NCBI GenBank assembly: GCA_018398765.1
Contig: JAHBMJ010000299.1
Location: forward strand, 62,001 to 126,000
Direction of reading: 5' to 3'
Origin: Chromera velia
Lineage: Eukaryota
Length of the DNA: 64,000 nt
The translations under genes and the position numbers were made by a program. Of the stretch, positions 38,273 through 48,300 are shown one piece after another. Under the pieces are notes generated by a model. That model saw nothing but the letters and a program-made list of their open reading frames with translations, made no database searches and had not been told where the DNA came from. Each line of letters starts with the position of its first letter. Within the stretch, counting starts at the first letter, position 1.

Positions 38273-38430
38273 GATCCCAAGCCACTAACAAGGCTTTGAA
38301 GACAACCCAGATCTATAAACATTGATGCAGAACTATTATTCAACTATACTTCTACTAGATCAATCTGACACCAAGTAATTGGAGTGCTCGTTCATGCTTC
38401 TGCCAGTCCACACAGTATGTTGTAGGGAGG

Positions 38431-40211
38431 GTGAGTGGGGCAGTGGAGCGAGTTGTGAACACACACAAGAGGATGAAGGGAATTACAGAAATGGAAGGAG
38501 CGGAGGGAAGGAGAGCAGCTGTCACGAGAGAACTGAGGGAAGCATTTCGAGACTTTGCTTTTCTGTGGGAAGGGGCAGGGGTGTCTATGCTAGGGAAGGA
38601 CATATGTGAGGACCTTAAACGGAATCTGGCAATGGAGTAAGTAGATCGAAGTGCTAGAGACATTTTCTTTGTCTGTCCTTGAGTGTTTGGGGAAGGGGTA
38701 AAGAAGTTCTTTGTCAGTTCACTTGATTATGAGATGTTGAGTAAGGGGCAGGTGAGAGACCTCATGGAGAGACTGATTGATTGCTCTCATCCGGGCTTCT
38801 TGGGGAGTGTTGCAGGAAAGGTTTCTCCAGGGGAGGGGAAGAAACACAGGTTTGGGGTCGGCATTGTCTAGCTAAAGTGGAAGACTTTTCGAGAGGGGTA
38901 CCCAGCTTCGCTTGCGCTGCTTAAGTGGAGACCACTGGTCTCTTATGCATAGCATGCGTGGAAGAGGGCATTTGGGATGGGGTGTAGGATGGTCAACGGT
39001 CTGATTGCGGCCATGAGGCCTCATGAAACGCTGTTCTCTCCCTTTTCATTCATTGAGGCGGTCGCAAAGATGAATAACATGTCTTCAAGGGTAGAGTGCG
39101 CACAGCTTTAAGTTAGCAACGTGACACACAGAGCGAAACAAGAAGTATCGATGTGCTCTGTAGCGGTTGCGGTCGATGACATCAAGAACTTCTTTCCATC
39201 CATACCAAGGGCGCTTGTACTGCATCAGCTGGGAAGACTGTTAGAAGAGTTCAAAGAGAGAGAGAGGTATGCGTACATTGCTCTGCCTGGTAGAGGGGGA
39301 GAGAGGACATTTATTTCACACTTGCCAAGTAGGGAGGGGAGACGTTAGACTCCAAACGCGCACAGGAAGACTCTCTGAGGAAGGCATTTCTCTACACACA
39401 TGGCAGATATCAAAACGCTACTGTCTTTTCGTTTGATGAACTGACTGACCTGATTCAACTGGACTTCTCGAGGTGTCTTGTATGAGTGGGTACGAGGTTT
39501 GTTCGACAGAAGGAGGGACTGGTGCAAGGATCGCCTTTGTCGCCGGGTCTTACCAATCTAACAGCTGGTTTTGCAGAATGGGAATGGTCACGGGCTCGGG
39601 GGGTGACACAGCTTCTGCCGTATGGCAGAGGAGGAGAAGCAAAAGGAAGGATTCTACCGTCCCACTTGATGTGCAGATAGATGGACGTCGGACGATCGGA
39701 TCATAGTATCCCGATTGCTTTTCGATCAGTGTCGGGATCATATGATCAGCAGTTGGTCGCTTCCGGATTTTTATGCGGTGGAGTGTGTGTTGGAGAGGCA
39801 GGAAGGAAACAGTTTTCTTCAGTTTGATCTTCATCCATGCCAGTGCTGCTTAGCAATGCGTCTCTTTCTGCATCCGAAGGATATGAATAGCTGTACAAAC
39901 AAGGTAGGAACAGACGAGAACATTTCTGTCCCTCTCGTCTTTCCTTGCTTTGCACATGCGCAGTCAGCGGTACCCTGGAAGCAGAGAGAGACCATTCTCA
40001 GAAGCCACCTGCAGCGCGCTTTCTTTTTTTCTTTGTGCCCTGCTAGCAAGTTTAAAGAAGTACTCAGGGCATTGGAGTGGGAGCTTTTGCAATTTGGATT
40101 CAGCAAAGGGGAGATTTAGAAAGCGACAGACAGCCTGTTCTACTCAGTGGGTGAATCATCTTGCGATCTGTTTCACTTGGTATGATCGACCTTGGGCCTG
40201 CATCGTACATA
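38431..40211 (+). pseudogene. Inactivated Penelope-like retroelement reverse transcriptase, no endonuclease domain visible
   Basis: Motifs in RT order across stops and frameshifts: VDR..DIFFVCP, KWRPLVSY, DDIKNFFPSIPR, FVRQKEGLVQGSPLSPGLTNL, CR*MD (damaged xxDD), FLQFDL, and the thumb motif HAQSAVPWKQRETILRSHLQRAFFFS typical of PLE RTs. The ORF ends ~55 codons later. Confidence 0.8.
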
Positions 40212-40476
40212 ATTGAATATCGGATCCACTCGTGTTTTGTTTTCTTTTGTTTGCGCTGCTGCATGATGGTTCTCGGCATTCAAGTTCTTCAAGTATCGAT
40301 TTGGTTTGGCTTAGGTCGCCTTGGGGGGCAGCTTAGCTTTGCTGAGATCAGCCGAGAGGCTCTGAGATCGTATGCACTCACATAACACATTTTTTCATTT
40401 TTAGGGGGGGGTGTCGCTTCTATCTCCGTCTGTCACGGTGTCGCCCGAATTCCAAAATATGCCCATCACGTAACTC

Positions 40477-40840
40477 GCACAGAGCCGCGATCGCACATAC
40501 CTTAATTAATTACTTCACACATATGTGCCCCTCAAGTAACTCGCATGGAGTTGCAAGTGCATGCTCGCGTGGTCCTGAAAAGCATACTTCGTGCGTATTG
40601 CTATGGCTCCCGCCCTATGTACCTGTACAAAACATGCCTAAGCCTCCGATGGTGCGCATCAATCAAATTTATGGACCCTCTAAAGGGCCTCCTGAGGCAT
40701 TTACCCAACTAGTTAGGTATATCTTGTGAAGTATATGCTTTTCGGGACCGCGCGCGTCGTATGTGCAACTCCGTGCAAGTTGCACTTGAGGGGCATGCAT
40801 GCGCAAAGTAAGTAAGGCACACGCGATCACGGCTCCGTAC
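40477..40840. mobile_element. ~365-bp foldback/MITE with ~115-bp degenerate TIRs
   Basis: 40477-40590 (GCACAGAGCCGCGATCGC...CCCTCAAGT...GGAGTTGCA...GGTCCTGAAAAGCATA) is the inverted counterpart of 40726-40840. The interior is homologous to 24987-25125. No TSD identified. Confidence 0.75.
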
Positions 40841-41001
40841 CTAGGGTTGGACACTAAAGTTTTAAAGTTTTTTTTTATTATTTTTTTTTTTTTTGCCCTT
40901 TAGACTTTATTTTAAAAAAATATTTTTCAATCAGTTTTTGAGTAGATCGTTAATTAAGTCAGTCATAAGTTAGACTTATAACTAAAGTAATCAACTAGCC
41001 T
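40841..41001. mobile_element. Solo inverted copy of the right end of the 30464-35103 TIR element
   Basis: Reverse complement of 34944-35103, nearly identical apart from homopolymer lengths and one C/T change; begins CTAGGGTTGGACACTAAAGTTTT. Confidence 0.9.
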
Positions 41002-41037
41002 TTTGACAGAGTAAGGTAGATCTATCCTAGATCCGCC

Positions 41038-41100
41038 TAGATCCGCCCCTCATACATGGGACGCAGCATGCATAACAAAAACCCCCATCATCATTTTGTC
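41038..41100 (+). repeat. Dispersed ~63-bp repeat (also 56494-56557; decayed copy ~41675-41712)
   Basis: TAGATCCGCCCCTCATACATGGGACGCAGCATGCATAACAAAAACCCCCATCATCATTTTGTC aligns closely with TAGATCCGCCTCTCATACATGGGGACGCGGCATGCATGAAAAAACCCCCAATCATCATTTTGTC. Confidence 0.8.
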
Positions 41101-41283
41101 CCCAAGTAATTTCCCCAAGGGAAGAAAATATAATTAGGGTTTTGTCTTACTATGCCGGGTAGTATGCCCTGTATGTTTTCTTTCTCTCTCTGCCTTCTAA
41201 GAGAGGTCTGATGCGTCTATAAGTGTTTTTTATCGAAGCCGTATGTTGGACATTCGATTGAGAATTAACATTGGGGCGGGAAG

Positions 41284-41473
41284 ACCTCCCTGACATTACA
41301 AGCCACTTAAATTTTATGTCGCTCTTGCGGATGGTTTTTCTCCATGCCGTAGGTGCGTACTATATCTTGAAACTCTGCACCACAGGCGCGGACAGTGTCT
41401 TAAAAGTCCAGGCCACAGTTGACGGATGAACTTAAACGTTTTTCTTTTAAGTGGCTGGTAGTGTCAGAGAGGT
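41284..41473. mobile_element. 190-bp MITE with ~28-bp TIRs and 10-bp TSD (one mismatch)
   Basis: Ends ACCTCCCTGACATTACAAGCCACTTAAA and TTTAAGTGGCTGGTAGTGTCAGAGAGGT. Flanks are GGGCGGGAAG (41274-41283) and AGGCGGGAAG (41474-41483). Confidence 0.8.
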
Positions 41474-42367
41474 AGGCGGGAAGTCAATCGTCCGGACAGA
41501 AATCTTAATCCTGATCTTTTTTTTTTCGCCCTATCGTTGAAGTCACAAGTGATAAGTCATATTAAAATACATTAAAAGCAATTAAAAGGAATTAAAAGTG
41601 ATCGATGAGTAGGTTTGTTCCTAGATTCAAAACTGACTGGAAGATGCAAAACTTTTTGATAAAGTAGACTAAATATCCGCCCCTCATATATAGAGACGTA
41701 CCATATATATAATTAACAAAATATTTAGCAAACTATAATAAACCTTTTAATCGATATTTCATCTCTATACCGTCTCTAAGTATGCATACAGTCACTGCCA
41801 GTCAGATGATCGACTGCATGCAATATCATTGAAAAAAAAAAAGTGATTTAAATTTGATTGTCAATCAAAATTAATTATCCCCAATCTGTGGTAATTTCAA
41901 ACCAACTTGAAGTATACCTTTCTGATACTTTCTGAGTCAGGACCCTAGTCAGGGCCACTGTTAGGTGTAGTCAGGAATATAAAAAAACAAGTACAATAGA
42001 TCGTAATCATCAAACTGACCTTAGCTGTAACTGATGAATACAAATAAGCTAAACAGAAGCCTCTGGATGTTGTACACCTTTTTTAGCCAGTGCACCTTAG
42101 AGGCAGTGGGCACCGTGACCCGGAGCATAAATCCCTAGATAAATCCTATCTAACCCATCCTATCCTAATACCAGGAAAGCTTAGCGGCCCTAGCTTGAAA
42201 CCAATCAATCAATCAATCAAAAAATATATATAATAGTACATATTAGCTGATGACAGCTATTATAATGCAAAAAAATGGAAAGAGTGCAAAAAGACTTGAA
42301 TTGATGTACACAGATAAAACCTAATCTACATGGATAAGATTTGTCTCATCGATTTCACAATTATTTT

Positions 42368-45300
42368 TCAGATTGTAATATCTGTCATCGGAGGCAAGAT
42401 AAAGATCTGGTCGTGCGCAGTCAAAACTGCGTCGGGGACCGGGGCGGTGTACACGTACGGCAGGCGGTCAGAGACGGTAGCACTGCATTCAGGCCGTTCC
42501 AAGTGCAACAGATTCACAACGGGCCGTGCAAATGCAGACACAATTCATGTACACGCCCAGACGCACAGGCACACACGAATCCGGAAAGAAGATGGCCATG
42601 CATGGGGAGGGCTCGACAATCATCCGCCAAGAAAATAAGAAAGATCCGATGATGGAAAGCAGACTTAAAGAACACACGGGAAAAGACTCAGAGAGAGGCG
42701 CAAACGTAATGGGGGGCGATAGGAGGGATGGGTGTGCAGTGCCTTACTCTCGGTAGATTCCCATGGGAACAAGTCCACGCGCAACGAGGGTGTAGAACAA
42801 TTGTTTGTAGCTCATTCCAACCTGCGGCAAAGTGTAGAGAGGGGACCATCTTTTCGGGAATTTGTGAGCCACCGTTTTTCTGTTGACTCATGCAAACTTG
42901 CAGAGTTATTCCAGACGCAGAATGACAAGTTTCCGTCATATTTCTGAGGGGAAATGCTGCTCTGTGTTTTGTTCGAACCAGTGGACTGCAGACTCGCGGG
43001 AGTGCACAAAAAAAAATACAAGCAAGGAGGCAGGAAGGAAACAAGGAAACAAATGAACGAAACAAAGACATGAACGAGCAATGAATGAATCAATGAACGA
43101 AGGAAGGAGGAAAGGGAAGAATTGATCAAATGAAATAAAAGAAAAAAAAAAGACGCAAAGAACGGCAGAATAGGCACACACATTCAGCGCATTCAGACCA
43201 TCAAGAAGAGAGCAAAAGGGAGTCACACAAACAGTGTCATCTGTCAAAAAGGATCTCTAGACGTAGAAACAATTCTTCATCGTTCGAGATTTGAAGAACG
43301 GACTCGACACGGAGCCAACCAAACCACCACCCTTGCACCCGTCTGCCCACCCCCGAAAAGCCCACTTTGGCACATCACGTTCAGGGAAAGTTATGTACAC
43401 TTTCTTTTGTTCGTACAGAAACCGACCATGGTCTCTTCGAGGGCCATCAAGACGACTCCCGTCTGCAGAGTACGTGTAAATGAGAGGTGGTGGGAAGGAG
43501 CGGGAAAAGCTGCCAAGAACACACATGGCAGGGCAAAAGAACGAATCAAAGAACCGGTTTGAGAGCGAGAAAGAACGCCGCTCATACTCACTCCTTTGTC
43601 TTCAACTTCTCTCTCCCATCTAGACTGCCTGCCTGTCTGCATGTCTATGCACAGAGAGCCCCTGGATGCACGCCTGTTCCCTGTCCGCTCTCTCATCTCT
43701 CTCGTGCGCTCCCTCTCCTCTCGCTGCCTGACTACCCGAGCGAAAGGGAAGCAGACAAGCAGGCAGTACCCACAGAATTGACAAAGGCCGATAAAGAAAC
43801 AGAGGACGAGCAGGGGGTAAACAGAGGTGCACACACACACACACGCACACAGGGGCGCGCGCGCACACAGAGAGAGAGAGAGGGGGAGAGAGAGAGAGAT
43901 TACTGCAAACGTTGGCCTTTCTCCTCTCCTTTTCAATCAGTGTTTTTGGCTTTCTCTGTCCATCAATCTCTTCCTCGGCAGCTGATTCTCTGCTGCCATA
44001 ACGGCGGCCTGTCAGTATGATCTCACAACATACGCCGAGTGGCTAACGCTCCGCACTTCCTCCCCACCTTGTGTGCAGAAGGATTAGAACCCAAAAGAGC
44101 CTCCACGACGTGAATGCCCACTGCGTAGCTGCACACGGTTCTCGACTGACAGGCAAGCCTGCAGAGGCACGCAAAAGAAGAAAGATCCTTCAGCTCTACC
44201 AGCTTCTCATTTTCTTTTTAAAAAAAAAAAAAAAACTCTCTTTTCCCATGACTGCGCACCGTCCTTGATCGGAGCGCTGACCTACCAGACGGACACACCG
44301 GGCTGCACAGAAAGCAACGCTGAAAGGAGAGACAAAGACTACTCAACACAGTCCCAGACAAGCCGTCCACGCCTAGCGTAGCCCGCAGTGGGAACACTCA
44401 AATTGTGTTTGTTGCAGACGGGGAGAACAACTTCGCACTCCACACCAGACCCAAAATCTAACTTCACACCCAAGACCGATCCCACTCATACATCGTCCTC
44501 TTGACCTATCGATAGTAAAGAAATCAAGTGCATCACTAACATCTCTGCCCTAACGGATCTACACTCACACACCCATTCTCAGGCAATCACTGTTCCTCTA
44601 CTTCATTTTCCCACCCTCCACCCCCCTCACCACTCACCCGTAAAGCATGTGGTCAATGAACACTCTGCCTGCTGCGTATTCAGGACTGCAACAGAAGTCG
44701 AACACAGAGAACACGGAGAAAGTGAAACAAAACACAGACAGGCAGATGAACCAACACCGCAGTGCTTTGAAGGAGAGGACAAGTGCATGCCCGAACTATG
44801 CATTCAAAAGTGCATGACCGATTGCCCTCCCCGTCTCTGTCTGCATTGGCAAGGAGCTCTGAGACTGGTGGTCTTTGTGGCTGGGTCTGTGACAAAGATG
44901 GAACAAAAGAAAGACACAGATCAATTATGGGAAAAGAAATAAAGAGAAAGAGCCAGAACAAAAAAAAGATGATGAACCTGTCGAGATAATTCACGTGAGC
45001 TCCCCCCCCCGCATCATCCGGGAACTCCCTCCCCCCCTCCCCCGAACGATTGCGAGCCGCCATGGCCATTGCATTTCCTGCAGCGCCCGGAAATTTCCCC
45101 CCCGCTCCCCAGGCTCTCAAATTCCCCCGCGTCCTCTGAGAGGGCCACCAAAAGTCGGCATCCAGAAATCGGACGTTCTTTGTCTGACGCAACTCTGTCA
45201 CGATCGTTGCCTGCAGAGAGCCAAGCAGGACAAAGCGAAGGAAAAGACAATTGACTCCTCTCTTTCCCCCATCCTTCCTCTATCCTCAGCATCCCCCTGT

Positions 45301-48300
45301 TCAAGCGGAAAGAGTCCACCGATGAATCATGCCACAAGTGTGTCTTTCTTCTGTCTGTGGCCATGAATTAACCGAGCCGAAGAAAGGAGAAAGGAGAAAA
45401 AACAACACTCGGGACCGACCTGTCCTTCATCCCGTCTGCGTGCAAGCATTGCCCTCAGAGCCTGGTCCCCGAAGTCCTCTGTTGCCCACTCAGACCCGTG
45501 AGCAGTAAACGTCGTCAGGCGAAGCGTCCCACCATCCCCTGCCGCAGCCCCCTCGTCGTCCCCCACTGACTGCCGCTGCAGACCCTGCTGACTCCCTCTG
45601 ATACCCCAAGTCCGAAATGAGTTCGGCTGCCCCACCGAGGGCCGATTCCCCCCTCTTCCTCCGGAAAGAAAGAACACTCCGTTCCCGTTCGGGCCGATAC
45701 CCGACGGCCCTCCTCTATCCCCTGTCGGGAGGGAGAGCGCCGTCTGAACGTTGAAATGAGGGGAGTGCCCTGGCCTGGGGGCCTGGGGCAGCACTGCGAG
45801 GCTGACTGTCTGTGGGGGGGAGAGAGAGGCTGGGAAAGGGGGTCCGTGCACGTGCTTGTCGGGGGAGCCGTTACTCGTCGGAGTGGCTGCTGCCAGGGGT
45901 CCGTGCAGAGCCACTCCCGCTCCGCCTCTGCCCCCGGTTGCCTGAAGGTCGGTTCTGCAGGCAGGAAAGAAAAACAAAGAAATCCATCGACAGACAGGAA
46001 GACAGGCAGACCAACCGACCGACAAACCGTGTGTCAGACAGGCAGACAGACAGGCGGGCCGGAAGGCAAAGCACCGAGATAACGAGAGAGACTGCCAGAT
46101 AAGAAGAGAAGAAAGGGCCCGCTCAAGAGTAAATAAAAAGAAAGGTACCCTGAATCACAAAGGAAGGAAGGAAGAAACGGGGGCCAGCAACAGACAGGGG
46201 AAAATTCTGCAGCCTGACACAGACATGCGCAGGTTTGAAGACACCGCCGTTCGAATGATCCAAGTAGAAGAAGGTGGCCTTGGACAGAGAGGGCGGGCGG
46301 TCCCCGCCAGGGCACGTGGAGAAATGCGCGCAGTCAAGCAAAAAAGCGAAAAAGAAAGGGGGCCGCCCGAAATGAGAGGAGAGAGAGAGAGACCTGCCTG
46401 GAGGGATAGATCCGTCCGATGGAAGCTCTTTTGACTGCGTTGGCGATGTTCTTCTGGGCACACTCAGAGGGGCCCTCTCCGCCACGCACACCTGGGCCGG
46501 GGCCCATTCCTCTGGTCATCGTTTGTCCCTTGCGGAGCATCTCCTGCTCTTTCTGTTGGCACTGAGCTGCCATCAGACTGCGGACCTGCACAACAAAGCG
46601 CTTGATGACGTTTTTGCATGAGAACCAGAAGCGATTGTTCTATGGGGACTGTTTCGTTTTGAAGGGAGCAGGAATGCAAAAAAATAGAGAGACGTTCTGA
46701 TACAGAAAGACGCGGAACTTGCAGGCACCTCCATTCGGGCCAGCGAAGTTCGCTCAGATTTCCTTGATCCTTTTACACGAAGCGACACGAGCCATTCTCT
46801 TCTGATGCATTGCTTTATTCTTGATACTCTCTGTGAAAGGAATTCTCGAGTCTCTCTCCATCCAACCCGACCTCCTTCTCGATGAAGTGTTGCAGTCTCA
46901 TCGCCTGGATTTTATGGCAGATGAGGATCGAGTCAACGTCTCTGTGCTGCAACAGGGAGAGAGGGCAGAGACAGGATTCACTCTTACCTTTGAAAACAAG
47001 AAATGGATTTTTCTGAACGGTTTTCGCCTGTTTTTTTTCTGATACAAATGGAAACGTCGGAAGCGGCACTGGGACAGAAGGCTGTGCTCTGTATACCTGA
47101 GGCCACCATGTATTGTGAAAGAAATCGCTGAACATGGAGGAGAAAAATAGGCTGAGAAAGGGTAGGCACAGACGGATGAAAATTTCGAAGGGGAAATGGC
47201 TGTGCTCGCTTGTCGACCCGTCACTCTCCTCCCCCCCACCTCCCACACCCTCTCTTTCTCTTTCTCTGTGTGCACGTGTTGTACATGTCTACAATCCACC
47301 CATGCAACAACACCTGCATGCACCCACCCACCTCTGCAGCCGACGACTCAGGATCTTGACGAGTTGCGAACACCGCAAAACCGCTGGCGGACAGGACACC
47401 AGCCCTGCAGGAAAAGAAAAAAGCATGGGAAGGCAATGAAAGAAAGAAATCTGCCTTCGTGATCAAGTGGCACCTTGATGAATCGAAGGTGTGCAAGACC
47501 AAATTAAGCATCCAAGCGAAAAAGCCAGCCATTTGGGACCGGGCAAGTTCACTCCTTACTTGTATGGGAGACCGAAAATGAAGAAAGACCGAAAATAAAG
47601 GAAATGTTCCGATCCGAGGTGCGACTTTTTCTCTCTTCATTCTTTCATGCCGCTGCTCCCTTCTCTTACAGCATCATCTACTGTTTGTTCTCATTCCCAT
47701 TGCAAGCCTCGAGCTGTCCCTCTGTCTGTTTCTTCCTCCCTCTCACCTTTTCAAGTCCGCATGCCTGAGCGGTGACCCTCTCAGAAGAGCGGTGAAATTC
47801 CTGCAGCAGCCCCAGAGAGGGAGGGAGGCAATTCAGATGGAAGGCGGAGATTGCGAGACGAGGGAAGGAAGGCGGTATACAGGGTCCGACGAAAGAGTGA
47901 GGTGAAACAAACTCCTCGTCTAAAATGCAAAACAGGAGAAAATGGAGTTCCATGAAGTGTCTCGGAGACGGAGATGAATAAAGTTTTCCTGGGAAGGGGA
48001 CACGCTCTTTTTTCTCTCTCGTGATAATTTCTCCATCTTACAATGCACAGGCTACCAGGACAGAGCCATTCTGCACACAGAAAAGGAGAGAAGAAGGAGA
48101 GGGGTCAACGCGACCTCCCTCGAGTTCATGCAAGCTTCGAGGTCCTCTTGTTTACATCCGATAGACAGCTCCACTCATTCAATCAACACCTTACCGGTAC
48201 GGGAGCACCCAAAACATGGAGCTCCAGGGAGGGGGGACCTCTGGAGACAGAATCAGAATGTTCCACCCTCCGCCAGCCTGCACAGACTGCACACACACAC

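Noticed and set aside
38431..40211. Alternative genetic code or stop readthrough (TAA/TAG = Gln) explaining in-frame stops
   Set aside because: Intact host genes here terminate at TAG (RBM25), TAA (crtI, protease) and TGA (HlyIII, channel) and have no internal stops. Stops are confined to repeats and accompanied by frameshifts.
42020..42080. Hammerhead ribozyme (CTGATGA...CAAATAAG) downstream of the Penelope-like RT
   Set aside because: No GAAA core (it reads CTAAAC), and stems II and III do not pair convincingly. The GNRA hairpin at ~40349-40360 also lacks the CUGANGA/GAAA core.
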